From Bacillales bacterium UBA7278 (GTDB lineage Bacteria; Bacillota_I; Bacilli_A; RFN20; CAG-826): a DNA stretch of 64,000 nucleotides. The notes under the pieces were generated by a model. It made no database searches and had not been told where the DNA came from. It saw only the letters and a program-made list of their open reading frames with translations. A program made the translations under genes and the position numbers. Shown here piece by piece: positions 1 to 9,628 of this stretch (position 1 is the stretch's first letter; every line of letters starts with the position of its first letter). The stretch covers positions 140,279 to 204,278 of the forward strand of contig DKRQ01000019.1 of assembly GCA_002472275.1 (NCBI GenBank), in the 5' to 3' direction.

Positions 1-1
1 C

Positions 2-1159
2 GGCGCTTCCGAAGGTTACTTCTATGTCCGTGCCGAATACCCGATCGCCGTCGAAAGGCTTCAAAACGCGATCAAGGACATGGAGGCCGCTGGCTTGCTC
101 GGCGACAACATCCTTGGCACCGACTTCTCCTTCCGCGCCCATCTCCGTCTTGGTGCCGGCGCGTTCGTCTGCGGCGAAGAGACCGCCTTGCTTAACTCCA
201 TCGAGGGTAAGCGCGGCATGCCTCGTCCCCGTCCGCCCTTCCCGGCCATCAAAGGCCTCTGGGGCAAGCCGACCTGCGTCAACAATGTCGAAACCCTCTC
301 CCAGATTCCGTTCATCATCCGCGAAGGCGCTTCCGCCTTCAATTCCATCGGCACCGAAGGCTCCAAAGGCACGAAGGTCTTCGCCCTCGGCGGCAAGATC
401 AACAATGTCGGCCTCGTTGAGGTCCCGATGGGAACGACCCTCCGCCAGCTCATCTATGAAATCGGCGGTGGCATCCCTGGTGGCAAGAAGTTCAAGGCCA
501 TTCAGACCGGCGGTCCTTCCGGCGGCTGCTTGACCGAAAAGGACCTCGATACCCCGATCGACTATGACACCCTCGTCGCCCGTGGCTCCATGATGGGCTC
601 CGGCGGCGCCATCGTCATGGACGAGGACAACTGCGCCGTCGACGTCGCGCACTTCTATATGTCCTTCATCTGCGACGAATCCTGCGGTAAGTGCTCTCCC
701 TGCCGTATCGGCACCAAGAGGCTCTACGAGATGCTCACCTTGGTCACCGAGGGCAAGGGCACCGAGCAGACCCTCAAGGACATGGAAGAGCTCGCCAACG
801 TCATCAAGGCCGGCTCGCTATGCGCCCTCGGCCAGACCGCGGCCAACCCGATTCTCTCGACGATGCATAACTTCCCCGAGGAGTACATCGCCCACGTCAC
901 CGAGAAGAAGTGCCCCGCCCACGTCTGCAAGAACCTGATGTCCTATCAGATCATCAAAGACAAGTGCGTCGGCTGCACCCTCTGTGCGCGTAACTGCCCC
1001 GTCTCCTGCATCAGCGCTAGCGACGTCCCTGCCAGACCCATGGTTCCTGGCAAGCCGGCGCTCCCGGGCAAATTCGCCCACGAAATCGACCAAAGCAAGT
1101 GCATCAAGTGCGGCTCCTGCATGGCTGGCTGCCGCTTCGGTGCCATCGTCAAACAGTGA
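2..1159 (+). CDS. hydB: NADH/FMN-binding subunit of a multimeric [FeFe]-hydrogenase (NuoF/HydB-like); 5' end lies outside the window
   Basis: The reading frame is open to the window start ([26 protein letters not shown] precedes the listed Met80). NuoF-type core ([31 protein letters not shown]). Two C-terminal CxxCxxCxxxCP ferredoxin motifs. Directly upstream of hydA. Confidence 0.85.
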   Translation, partial: GASEGYFYVRAEYPIAVERLQNAIKDMEAAGLLGDNILGTDFSFRAHLRLGAGAFVCGEETALLNSIEGKRGMPRPRPPFPAIKGLWGKPTCVNNVETLSQIPFIIREGASAFNSIGTEGSKGTKVFALGGKINNVGLVEVPMGTTLRQLIYEIGGGIPGGKKFKAIQTGGPSGGCLTEKDLDTPIDYDTLVARGSMMGSGGAIVMDEDNCAVDVAHFYMSFICDESCGKCSPCRIGTKRLYEMLTLVTEGKGTEQTLKDMEELANVIKAGSLCALGQTAANPILSTMHNFPEEYIAHVTEKKCPAHVCKNLMSYQIIKDKCVGCTLCARNCPVSCISASDVPARPMVPGKPALPGKFAHEIDQSKCIKCGSCMAGCRFGAIVKQ

Positions 1160-1170
1160 GGTGAACGACC

Positions 1171-2970
1171 ATGGAACAAATCGAAAAGATCAACATCAAC
1201 ATCGAGGGCCGCATCTACTCGGTCCCGAAGAACATGACCGTCCTCGAAGCGGCGAGGCTCGCGGGCTACAACATCCCGACCCTCTGCTACTGGAACCACG
1301 GCCAGAACTCCCTCGCTTCCTGCCGCGTTTGCTTAGTCGAAATCGCGACCGCTAGGGGCGGAAGGCTCTTCGCCTCCTGCGTCTACCCCGTCGCCGACTG
1401 CCCGGCCGACAAGGGATTCGAGATCAAAATCTCCTCCCCGATGGCCGTCCGCGCCCGTCGCGCTTCGGTCGAACTCCTTCTCTCCAACCACTCCATGGAT
1501 TGCCAACCCTGCCCCAAAAACGGGCAGTGCGAACTCCTCCATGTCTCGCAGGTCGTCGGCGCCCGCCCCGAGCAATTCCTCGGCGCGAAGACCCCGACCA
1601 CCCTCGATGAACTCGCTCCCGGCCTCGTCCGCGACACCAGCAAGTGCATCCTCTGCGGCCGCTGCATCGAAAGGTGCAAAGACGCTCAGGGCATCGGCAT
1701 CCTTGGCTTCGAAAAGCGTGGCTTCAACACGATCGTCGCCCCGATTGGCAACCGTTCCTTCTCTGAGGTTCCTTGCCTCCAGTGCGGCCAGTGCATCGAG
1801 GTGTGCCCAACCGGCGCCTTGACTGAGCACCGCGAAATCGAGAAGATCGACGCCGCCAAAGCCGCCGGCAAGTACGTCGTCGTGCAGACCGCTCCCGCCG
1901 TTCGCGCCGCGATCGCCGAGGAATTCGGCCACCGCATTGGTGAGCAGGATGGCACCGGCCGCATGGTTGCCGCCCTCCATCGCCTTGGCTTCGACCGCGT
2001 CTTCGACACCAACTTCGGCGCCGACCTCACCATCATGGAAGAGGCGCAGGAGCTCGTGAACCGCATCACCAAGAAGCAAGTCCTCCCGCAGATCACCTCT
2101 TGCTCCCCGGGCTGGATCAACTACATGGAGTTCTTCTACAAGGACCTCATCCCGAACGTCTCCACCTGCAAATCGCCGCATGAGATGGAAGGGGCCGTCA
2201 TCAAGAGCTACTTCGCGAAATCGCATAACCTCAAACCCGAAGATATCTTCGTCGTCTCGGTCATGCCTTGCACCGCGAAGAAATACGAGGCCAAGCGCCC
2301 GCAGAACGCGGCCGTGAATGGTCTCCCCGACGTCGACGCGGTCATCACGACCCGCGAACTCGCCGTCATGATCAAACGCGCCGGTATCCTCTGGGACGAA
2401 CTCCCCGAGGAAGAATTCGACCAAGACCTCCTTGGCCAATACACCGGTGCCGGCGTCATCTTCGGCGCGACCGGTGGCGTCATGGAAGCCGCGGTCCGTA
2501 CCGCTTACCACACCCTCACGGGCAAGGAGATGAATCCCATCGAATTCAAGCCCGTCCGTGGCATGGAAGCCGTTAAGGTGGCCGAGGTCGAGGTTGCGGG
2601 CATCACCCTCAAACTCGCCGTCGCTTCCGGCATGAAGAACGCCAAACCGCTCCTAGACGAAATCAGGGCCGGCAAATCTCCCTATCACTTCATCGAGATC
2701 ATGTGCTGCCCCGGTGGCTGCGTCAATGGCGGTGGCCAACCCTTCGTCAAACCCAACCTCCTTCCCCACGAAGGACCCGACGTCCTCGACACCTATCGTC
2801 AGAAGAGGGCCGCTATCCTCTATAAGATCGACGAGGGCTTGCCGCTACGTCAATCCCACAACAACCCCGACATTCAGAAGCTCTACAAGGACTTCCTTGG
2901 CGAGCCCTGCTCCGAGGAATCCGAGGAACTCCTCCACACCACCTACGTCGCTGACCGCAAGGCCTACTAA
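1171..2970 (+). CDS. hydA: [FeFe]-hydrogenase catalytic subunit (multidomain, bifurcating-type architecture)
   Basis: N-terminal 2Fe-2S-like domain and CxxCxxCxxxCP clusters. H-cluster signatures TSCSPGW, MPCTAKKYE and EIMCCPGGCVNGGGQP. Confidence 0.93.
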   Translation: MEQIEKININIEGRIYSVPKNMTVLEAARLAGYNIPTLCYWNHGQNSLASCRVCLVEIATARGGRLFASCVYPVADCPADKGFEIKISSPMAVRARRASVELLLSNHSMDCQPCPKNGQCELLHVSQVVGARPEQFLGAKTPTTLDELAPGLVRDTSKCILCGRCIERCKDAQGIGILGFEKRGFNTIVAPIGNRSFSEVPCLQCGQCIEVCPTGALTEHREIEKIDAAKAAGKYVVVQTAPAVRAAIAEEFGHRIGEQDGTGRMVAALHRLGFDRVFDTNFGADLTIMEEAQELVNRITKKQVLPQITSCSPGWINYMEFFYKDLIPNVSTCKSPHEMEGAVIKSYFAKSHNLKPEDIFVVSVMPCTAKKYEAKRPQNAAVNGLPDVDAVITTRELAVMIKRAGILWDELPEEEFDQDLLGQYTGAGVIFGATGGVMEAAVRTAYHTLTGKEMNPIEFKPVRGMEAVKVAEVEVAGITLKLAVASGMKNAKPLLDEIRAGKSPYHFIEIMCCPGGCVNGGGQPFVKPNLLPHEGPDVLDTYRQKRAAILYKIDEGLPLRQSHNNPDIQKLYKDFLGEPCSEESEELLHTTYVADRKAY

Positions 2971-2989
2971 GCGAAAAGGAAAACAACTA

Positions 2990-3013
2990 GGGTCGCACAC
3001 GCGACCCTTTTTG
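2990..3013 (+). terminator. Rho-independent terminator after hydA
   Basis: Stem gggtcgc / loop acac / gcgaccc, followed by ttttt. Confidence 0.7.
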
Positions 3014-3043
3014 ATTGCCCCGATAACCCTTATGATTATCTCT

Positions 3044-3703
3044 ATGAGATACGACGCGATCATCTTCGATTTGGATGGCACCCTCCTCGACACGATTGAG
3101 GACATCTCCGCGGCGATCAATTCCGCGCTAGAAAAATGCGGCTATAGCCATCGTTACGATAAAGAGGGAACCAAGCACCTTATCGGCGATGGGGCGGATG
3201 CCTTGGTCAGAAGGGCACTTAAGGAAAAAAGCGGCGATTTGCAGGCGTTTAACGAGCTAAAAGGCTTCTATATGCCCATCTATCGCGAGCATAACTGCGA
3301 TAAGGCGAAACCGTTTCAGGGGCTCGTCGAGACCCTCGTTTCCCTTGAAAAGGAAGGCGTTTCCCTATTCGTGGCGACCAATAAGCCGGACGCCTTGGCC
3401 CAGGTGGTCCTCGCCAAGAAAATGGGCGAGGTCCATTTCAAGGCGATCGTCGGCGTGAAAGAAGGCGACCCCGTGAAACCCAATCCCTATAGCGTCAACC
3501 TCATCATGGACCGTTTTGGCTTAGAAAAAGAAAGAACCCTATATGTGGGGGATTCCCATGTCGACCTGGACACCGCGGCAAACGCGGGTCTAGACGCTTG
3601 CCTTTGCCTTTGGGGCTATGACTTCTATACCGATGAACTCAAGGCCCGCGCGGGCTATTTGGCCAAGGTTCCCGCCGATCTACTAGAAATCGTAAGGGGT
3701 TAA
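3044..3703 (+). CDS. HAD-superfamily phosphatase (phosphoglycolate phosphatase-like)
   Basis: MRYDAIIFDLDGTLLDT (DxDGT motif I), ATNKP, GDSHVDLDTAANAG. The listed ORF start at 2714 overlaps hydA and is rejected; an alternative start exists at 3032. Confidence 0.8.
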   Translation: MRYDAIIFDLDGTLLDTIEDISAAINSALEKCGYSHRYDKEGTKHLIGDGADALVRRALKEKSGDLQAFNELKGFYMPIYREHNCDKAKPFQGLVETLVSLEKEGVSLFVATNKPDALAQVVLAKKMGEVHFKAIVGVKEGDPVKPNPYSVNLIMDRFGLEKERTLYVGDSHVDLDTAANAGLDACLCLWGYDFYTDELKARAGYLAKVPADLLEIVRG

Positions 3704-3744
3704 GGGTTCTTTGCTAGGCAAAGAGTAAAGAGTAAGATAGGGCC

Positions 3745-5094
3745 ATGCGTAAAGTCGTTCTGTTCAATTCATTAGGCAAAAAGATGGAGGAATTCGTCCC
3801 CATAGAGCAGGGGAAGGTTTCCTTTTACGTCTGCGGCCCAACCGTCTATAACTCGCCCCATATCGGCAACATGCGTCCTGTCATCGTCTTCGACGTATGG
3901 AGGAGGCTATTCAAGGCCATCGGCTATGAGGTGACCTACGTTTCCAATTACACCGACGTCGACGATAAGATCATCAATAGGGCAAAGGAACTTGGAATCT
4001 CCGAGAAGGAGCTCACTGAAGAGGTCATCGCCGAATTCCGCGACATGGTCGAAAAAGTCGGCTCTCTGCAACCCGACATCACACCCAAGCCCACCGTCTA
4101 CATGGACGAGATGATTTCCTATATCGGCGATATGGTGAAATCGGGCGCGGCCTACGAAGCCGATAACGGCGACGTCTATTTCTCCGTGGAATCGGTAGGG
4201 GATTACGGCTCTTTGTCCGGGAACACTCCCGAAGCCCTTAACGCTGGCGCCCGTATCGAGGTTAGGGGAGCGAAACGTTCTCCGCTAGATTTCGCCCTTT
4301 GGAAGAAAACCGAAGAGGGCATCCGTTGGGATACCCCATGGAGTCAGGGACGTCCAGGATGGCACACCGAATGCTGCGTCATGATCAACTCGATCTTCAA
4401 GGAGCAGGGCGGCCTCATCGATATCCACGGCGGAGGATTCGATTTGAAGTTCCCCCATCACGAGAACGAAATCGCTCAGGCCGAGGCCCATAACCATCAC
4501 AAACTTGCCCATTATTGGATCCATAACGGTTTCATCAACATCGATAACGAGAAGATGTCCAAATCCCTTGGCAACGTTTTGCTCGCAAAAGACATCATCG
4601 CCAAATTCGGCGGCATGCCTTTCCGCCTGATGGTCCTCAACGCCCATTACAGGGCCCCGCTTTCCTTCACCGAGGAAACGATCGGGGAGGCCGAGAAATC
4701 CTATCAGAAGATCCTTTTGGCCTATAAGCAGGCCGCGGTGGCTCTTCAATTAGAAGGCATCGATCCATCTTCCTTAAAAGGAGAGGGGGAGGACAAGTTC
4801 CTCGACGCGATGTGCGACGATCTCAATACGCCTAACGCCCTCTCCGAGCTCTACGCCGAAATCAAGGTCCTTAACCAATCCCTTAGGATGCGCCCGCTTA
4901 ATCTAGACTCGGTCAAGGGTAGCCTAGGCAAGCTAAACGATTATCTGAATATCCTTGGTATCCAAGTTCCTTATCCCGTTCTTTCCGATGAGGATAAGGC
5001 CCTCTATAAAGCCTATATAGACGCGAAGGCGGCGAAGGATTTTGCCAAATCCGATGAGCTGCGCGCCCTTCTTTCCGCGAAAGGAATCCTCTAA
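3745..5094 (+). CDS. cysS: Cysteine--tRNA ligase
   Basis: Class I motifs HIGN (PHIGNMRP) and KMSKSLGN. Zinc-site context WHTECC. Conserved position before rlmB. Confidence 0.96.
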   Translation: MRKVVLFNSLGKKMEEFVPIEQGKVSFYVCGPTVYNSPHIGNMRPVIVFDVWRRLFKAIGYEVTYVSNYTDVDDKIINRAKELGISEKELTEEVIAEFRDMVEKVGSLQPDITPKPTVYMDEMISYIGDMVKSGAAYEADNGDVYFSVESVGDYGSLSGNTPEALNAGARIEVRGAKRSPLDFALWKKTEEGIRWDTPWSQGRPGWHTECCVMINSIFKEQGGLIDIHGGGFDLKFPHHENEIAQAEAHNHHKLAHYWIHNGFINIDNEKMSKSLGNVLLAKDIIAKFGGMPFRLMVLNAHYRAPLSFTEETIGEAEKSYQKILLAYKQAAVALQLEGIDPSSLKGEGEDKFLDAMCDDLNTPNALSELYAEIKVLNQSLRMRPLNLDSVKGSLGKLNDYLNILGIQVPYPVLSDEDKALYKAYIDAKAAKDFAKSDELRALLSAKGIL

Positions 5095-5107
5095 AGGGGT
5101 ATTTCAA

Positions 5108-5833
5108 ATGGAAGAGAAGCGTTATATCATTGCAGGCAGAAACGCAGCCCGGGAAACGATTCTTTCCGGGAACGCTAAGTCGGTTCTTATCAAAGAGAAC
5201 CTGCAAGGTGACCCCGTGGTCCGCTTGGCAAAGGAAAAGGGAATCCCCGTCCTCTTCCGTAGCGATTTCGAACTTACCAGACTTTGCGGTACCTCCCATC
5301 ATCAGGGTATCGCGGTCGAGGCTAAGCCTTACGAGTATTACGATCTTTCTTCCATCATCGCGTCCGCATCCGGCAAAAAGGATTCGACCGTTTTGATTTT
5401 AGACGGCATTGAGGATCCCAATAACCTCGGCGCGATCCTACGCTCCTGCGACGCTTTCGGCGTCGACGGGGTCGTCATCAAATCCAGGGGCGAAGTGGGA
5501 CTCACCCCAACCGTTGCCAAGGTCTCCACCGGCGCGATCTCCTACGTGAAGGTCGCCTGCGTTCCCAATCTCTCCCAAGCCATCTCCGAACTCAAGGACG
5601 CCGGATACTGGGTCGTCTCTAGCGACGGCTCGGCCAAGATGTCCTATGAAGACGTCGACTATTCCGGCAAGATCGCCTTGGTCGTCGGAAGCGAGGGATT
5701 CGGTATCTCCAAACTTGTGCTTTCCCGTAGCGACTTCATCGTGAAGATCCCGATGGTAGGGCATGTCAATTCGCTTAACGCCTCGGTGGCCGCCGGCATC
5801 CTAATCGCCCATATTTCCCATAAAAGATCGTAA
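5108..5833 (+). CDS. rlmB: TrmH/SpoU-family 23S rRNA 2'-O-ribose methyltransferase (RlmB/YacO-like)
   Basis: SpoU motifs (LDGIEDPNNLGAILRSCDAFG, GSEGFGIS, IPMVGHVNSLNASVA). RBS aagggg precedes ATG 5108. Synteny after cysS. Confidence 0.85.
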   Translation: MEEKRYIIAGRNAARETILSGNAKSVLIKENLQGDPVVRLAKEKGIPVLFRSDFELTRLCGTSHHQGIAVEAKPYEYYDLSSIIASASGKKDSTVLILDGIEDPNNLGAILRSCDAFGVDGVVIKSRGEVGLTPTVAKVSTGAISYVKVACVPNLSQAISELKDAGYWVVSSDGSAKMSYEDVDYSGKIALVVGSEGFGISKLVLSRSDFIVKIPMVGHVNSLNASVAAGILIAHISHKRS

Positions 5834-5869
5834 AACCCGTATATTTTGCAAAATTGCGAGGTTTTACAA

Positions 5870-6505
5870 ATGCCAAAAACAAAAGATGTTTTTCATTCCC
5901 CTTTGGAGAATCTTTCCGACGAAGAGCTGATCGTCCATCTCCGCTCAGGAGAGGAAGCGGCCCGCGCGACTTTGGTCGAACGTTACTTCCGTCAAAACGA
6001 ATTGAGGCTCCGCTCCTCCGTTCTTCCACCTACCCCTTTTCTAGCGGAATGGCAAAGGAAGGAAGTCTATTTCAGGACCCTTTGCCACGCCTCCGACACG
6101 TATCGATTCGGAAATAAAAGCACCTTCTCGACTTATTTCACGGCGTTACTGAAAAGGGAAATCGCCGAAGAGAACAGGAAGGAAAGCCACCGCGTCGAGG
6201 CGATCGCCCTTAGCCTTGACCATGATCCAACCCGTCAATTCGACGAGAGCTTGCTGCTATCGGAAGCGGTGCCCGCCTATGGAGGGAAGGACCCGGTTGT
6301 CTTAGAGGCCTACCATTCCTCTTTGGCGGATTCCCTTCGCAAGCCGCCTGCTGGCTATTCCAAAAAAGTGGTGGACGTCGTGCGTCTTCTCATCGAGGGC
6401 TTCAGCCTCCCCGAGGCGAGCCTCATGATCAAGGAAAAGCCGAACACGGTGCAGAACTGGTTCAGGCGCCTAAGGAAAGAGAAGAAGTGGCCCTTCGGGG
6501 AATAG
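5870..6505 (+). CDS. sigH: Sigma-70 family sigma factor, SigH-like by position
   Basis: Region-2-like ELIVHLRSGEEAARATLVERY and C-terminal HTH (GFSLPEASLMIKEKPNTVQNWFRRLRKE). Occupies the sigH slot between rlmB and rpmG/secE/nusG. Sequence is divergent. Confidence 0.5.
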   Translation: MPKTKDVFHSPLENLSDEELIVHLRSGEEAARATLVERYFRQNELRLRSSVLPPTPFLAEWQRKEVYFRTLCHASDTYRFGNKSTFSTYFTALLKREIAEENRKESHRVEAIALSLDHDPTRQFDESLLLSEAVPAYGGKDPVVLEAYHSSLADSLRKPPAGYSKKVVDVVRLLIEGFSLPEASLMIKEKPNTVQNWFRRLRKEKKWPFGE

Positions 6506-6531
6506 AAAAAGGCCCGCGGGATTCGCGAGCC
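6506..6531 (-). terminator. Hairpin terminator shared by the convergent sigH-like and nusG genes
   Basis: ggcccgcg / ggatt / cgcgagcc, flanked by an A-run (plus strand) and therefore a T-run on the minus strand. Confidence 0.55.
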
Positions 6532-6542
6532 TTCGATAAGCC

Positions 6543-7097
6543 TTAGATCTTCTCGATTTCGGAGAAGTCGACGTCGACCGGGGTGGAACGGCCGAAGAAG
6601 ACGGTTTCGACACGGCAGGCGCCGGTCTCTTTGTCGATGGAGACGATCTTGCCTTCGGTTCCCTCCAAGGGTCCGTGGATGACCTTGACGTTGTCGCCGA
6701 CGGCGTAACGGTCGTACATGGATTCGTCGACCATGCCCATCCTCTTGAGGACGGGTTCGATTTCCTCACGGGTGACCGGGGTCGGCTTCTGTCCGCCGCC
6801 GCCGGAACCGGCGATACCGGTGACGCCCGGGGTGTTACGGACGATGTACCAGGATTGGTCGGTCATGATCATTTCGACGAAGATGTAACCAGGGTAGAGG
6901 TTGACCATTTTGGTCTTGCCGGTGGGAAGGCCGTCTTTCATGACGGGGACTTCCTGTTCGGCAACGAGGACGCGGAGGATATAATCCTGCATCCCCATGG
7001 TTTGAATACGTTTCTTCAGGTTTTCAGCGGTCTTGGTTTCGTGCTGAGAGTAGGTATTGATGATATACCACTGTTTTTCACCGAGCTGTGCGGGCAT
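6543..7097 (-). CDS. nusG: Transcription termination/antitermination factor NusG
   Basis: KQWYIINTYSQHE NGN domain and C-terminal KOW (GDNVKVIHGPLEGTEGKIVSID). Confidence 0.95.
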   Translation of the reverse strand: MPAQLGEKQWYIINTYSQHETKTAENLKKRIQTMGMQDYILRVLVAEQEVPVMKDGLPTGKTKMVNLYPGYIFVEMIMTDQSWYIVRNTPGVTGIAGSGGGGQKPTPVTREEIEPVLKRMGMVDESMYDRYAVGDNVKVIHGPLEGTEGKIVSIDKETGACRVETVFFGRSTPVDVDFSEIEKI

Positions 7098-7098
7098 T

Positions 7099-7293
7099 TT
7101 ATTTTCCTCCGAATGCTTTCTGTAATTGGGAGATGAGGGAACCGGCGGTAAGGTCCTCGAGGGTCAGCCATAAAGCGGCGAACCCGGCGATCAAGATAAC
7201 GACGATGATGGTCGGGATGAGGACTTCCCTCTTCGGCCAACGGACGCGCTTGCCTTCCTTGACGACTTCCTTGGCGTATTTCTTAGGTGTCAT
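7099..7293 (-). CDS. secE: Preprotein translocase subunit SecE
   Basis: 64-aa protein MTPKKYAKEVVKEGKRVRWPKREV plus a single TM helix. RBS aaggag lies upstream of ATG 7293. The listed longer ORF (to 7383) overlaps rpmG. Confidence 0.85.
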   Translation of the reverse strand: MTPKKYAKEVVKEGKRVRWPKREVLIPTIIVVILIAGFAALWLTLEDLTAGSLISQLQKAFGGK

Positions 7294-7306
7294 TTCGTCT
7301 CCTTTC

Positions 7307-7456
7307 TCACTTGCTCTCCTTGTGGACGGTGTATTTTCCACAATGGGGGCAGTATTTGTTGAGCTCCAAGCGGTTTGGGTCATCGGTTCTTTTGCTGGAG
7401 GTGTAGTTCCTGTTAAGGCACTCAGAGCAAATCAAAAAAACCTTTTTCCTAGCCAT
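7307..7456 (-). CDS. rpmG: 50S ribosomal protein L33 (below the 60-aa cutoff of the ORF track)
   Basis: Manual translation of the minus strand gives MARKKVFLICSECLNRNYTSSKRTDDPNRLELNKYCPHCGKYTVHKESK*. The CxxC...CxxC L33 signature is present. Confidence 0.9.
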   Translation of the reverse strand: MARKKVFLICSECLNRNYTSSKRTDDPNRLELNKYCPHCGKYTVHKESK

Positions 7457-7505
7457 GCTTATGCTCAACTTTCGTGCAATATGCTACGCGCGCCAATAGG
7501 GGTTG

Positions 7506-8060
7506 TCAAGAGTTGTGGACGGGTCTTGGGTCGTAGGTCAAAAGAACTCGCGCTTCTTCGTTGTTCAGGGCGGAGCAAACCAAATAACCCGAATCGACTT
7601 CGGACATTGGCACCAAGGCTTTGTCCTGGGCGATGGCGTAGGTTTTCTCGATCATCGAATCCAAGGAAACGCCGGTTGGTTGAGCGATAACCCCATTGTT
7701 GACCGCGACTTCGTGGACGGAGCCACGGGTGACTTTCGCGGAAACGAATTTCCCATCCTTGATCTTCGCGATGCGGGGCCCCATGTCCAGAAGCCATAGT
7801 TCGCCCGTGTATTCGATTTCCAAAGCGTCACCGGGGACCAAACTATCGGCGCCGATGCTTTCGGGGAGGAAATCAGGGAACCGGGTGTCGCCCCAGATAA
7901 AGCCGCAGTGGGTTACGTCGGTTTGGCCATAGGTAGGCCACAAGGCAATTTCCTTGACGCAGGTTTTGGTCTCGGCCCCCCCGCAAGAAGCTAAAACGAG
8001 CAAGGGAAAAACAATGATTTTTGCAGATTTAACGTTTTTCATAAACAGATTCTCTAGCAT
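7506..8060 (-). CDS. Lipoprotein of unknown function
   Basis: Signal peptide ends in the lipobox LVLASCGG. RBS aggggat lies before ATG 8060. Confidence 0.7.
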   Translation of the reverse strand: MLENLFMKNVKSAKIIVFPLLVLASCGGAETKTCVKEIALWPTYGQTDVTHCGFIWGDTRFPDFLPESIGADSLVPGDALEIEYTGELWLLDMGPRIAKIKDGKFVSAKVTRGSVHEVAVNNGVIAQPTGVSLDSMIEKTYAIAQDKALVPMSEVDSGYLVCSALNNEEARVLLTYDPRPVHNS

Positions 8061-8230
8061 GGGTTATCCCCTTTATTAATCGAGGGCACAAGCGGCCCTT
8101 TGTTAGCCCCATTATAAACTTATCGATGTCAAAAAAACTTGAAAGTGGCGTGAATCACACGTGATTGATCATGAATGGTGTTTTGCTTTTTTGGTTCTTC
8201 TTTTAAGAAAGCTCCCGAAAAGCCTACACT

Positions 8231-9628
8231 ATGGAAGCGATGCTTAGATTCTTTTCCGCCATCAAATCGTTCTTCCTGAAAATCTTCGGGAAAAAGCAGC
8301 CGCCTCTGCTCCCGCGGCGAATCTTTTTCCATTATGCGAAAGGGTTTATAGAAGACGCAGAAGAAGACGTCTATTACACGGATTCCTACTTTTGCGAAGA
8401 TTCTTCGAAAGCCAACCCCTCCCTGGCGGTTTGTTCCCTTGGACTAGCCATGTCCGCGTTTAGCTCCAACCACCTCAAGGAAGGCTTTGAAAAACAGGCC
8501 GTCAACGTCATTGAGTTCATGGGCAAGTGCGGCTTCTCCGGCATTGAAGTCCCTCCCTATTTTTGCAAGGAAACCACGGAAGAAGGAATCGCCTATGCAA
8601 TTGGCAAAAAGACCATAAAGCACGGCAAAAAGCCCTTTATTTTGCTTTCTATCGGCGTTAGGGGAGGCAATTACGGCAAGGAATGGTCGTCCAACGCCTA
8701 CATAGGAGAAGGCAATAGGCACAAGGGCTTTGACCTTGCCGCTTCAGAAATCGTCGAGGCGACGAAAGCCTATATCCAAAAGCATCGTATCCGCGGCGAG
8801 GTCAGGGTGTGGGTAAGCGGCTTCTCCAGGGCGGCAGCGGTCAGCAATCTTTTCTCGGTTAGCCTTCCTAGACAAATCGGCAAGGCCCATATCAGCGAGG
8901 TCTACGCCTATTGCTTCGCCTGCCCCAACGTTGCCAAGGAAATCGAAGAGACCCTCACCGTCCCCCATAACTATGTTGGCTCTGCTGATTTGGTGGCGAT
9001 GCTTCCCCTAAAAAAGTGGGGATTCGCCCGCTATGGCGAGGACACGATGGTCCCGCCTTTAAGCCCCATGCCCTTTTCCTCCGTCTCGTTTAGTCCGATC
9101 CACGTTTTCAACAAGCAAAAGAGATTTGTTAGGACCGGCGGTTTGGACAAGGCGAAATTCCTCGCGGAAGCGGGCGACTATTTGGGCGAGCGCATCACGC
9201 TGCCTTTCTTCTTGGAAAACTGCCAAGACGCGGCAAGGGAGTTCTTGGCACTGGTCGACCCCACTTTGGAAAACCCCTATTCGGTCGTGGGCGGTGTCTT
9301 CGGCGAAACTTTCAAAGGGATGATCGAGGAGTATGGAATCCCCTCTTTGCTATTAAAGGCCGCTTCTAGCAAAACCAACTGGGATGAGGCGATTCGACCC
9401 GTTTTGGAAAGGGTGCTCGAAAGCAAGCCCTATTCTCTGAATTCCGATAACATCGTCCGTGGTTTGACAAGCCTCATCTTCTTGTTAAGAAAAGACGTGC
9501 TCAAAGACCATAACTTCTTTTTGACAATGTGCGACGGCGCGAACATGGCGTCGGCCTTAAACGAGCATAAAGCCGCCTTATACTTGGCGTATCTAAAAGG
9601 GCTTGACCCAAATTACAAAGCGGATTAG
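8231..9628 (+). CDS. Hypothetical protein; possible alpha/beta-hydrolase (GFSRAA nucleophile-elbow-like motif)
   Basis: Long ORF with coding-like composition. VWVSGFSRAAAVSNL resembles the GFSRGA elbow of DUF2235/Tle1-type hydrolases. No other motif was recognised. Confidence 0.3.
   Translation: MEAMLRFFSAIKSFFLKIFGKKQPPLLPRRIFFHYAKGFIEDAEEDVYYTDSYFCEDSSKANPSLAVCSLGLAMSAFSSNHLKEGFEKQAVNVIEFMGKCGFSGIEVPPYFCKETTEEGIAYAIGKKTIKHGKKPFILLSIGVRGGNYGKEWSSNAYIGEGNRHKGFDLAASEIVEATKAYIQKHRIRGEVRVWVSGFSRAAAVSNLFSVSLPRQIGKAHISEVYAYCFACPNVAKEIEETLTVPHNYVGSADLVAMLPLKKWGFARYGEDTMVPPLSPMPFSSVSFSPIHVFNKQKRFVRTGGLDKAKFLAEAGDYLGERITLPFFLENCQDAAREFLALVDPTLENPYSVVGGVFGETFKGMIEEYGIPSLLLKAASSKTNWDEAIRPVLERVLESKPYSLNSDNIVRGLTSLIFLLRKDVLKDHNFFLTMCDGANMASALNEHKAALYLAYLKGLDPNYKAD

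Noticed and set aside
2714-3043. N-terminal 110-aa extension of the HAD phosphatase ORF, which overlaps the 3' end of hydA and the hydA terminator.
   Set aside because: The extension is P/S/T/R-rich out-of-frame hydA sequence and spans a terminator hairpin. The HAD motif I (DxDGT) begins right after Met 3044.
3704-3744. Possible T-box leader upstream of cysS, which is common in Bacillota.
   Set aside because: The intergenic space is only 41 nt, far too short for a T-box riboswitch. Only a small hairpin (tctttgc-tag-gcaaaga) is present.
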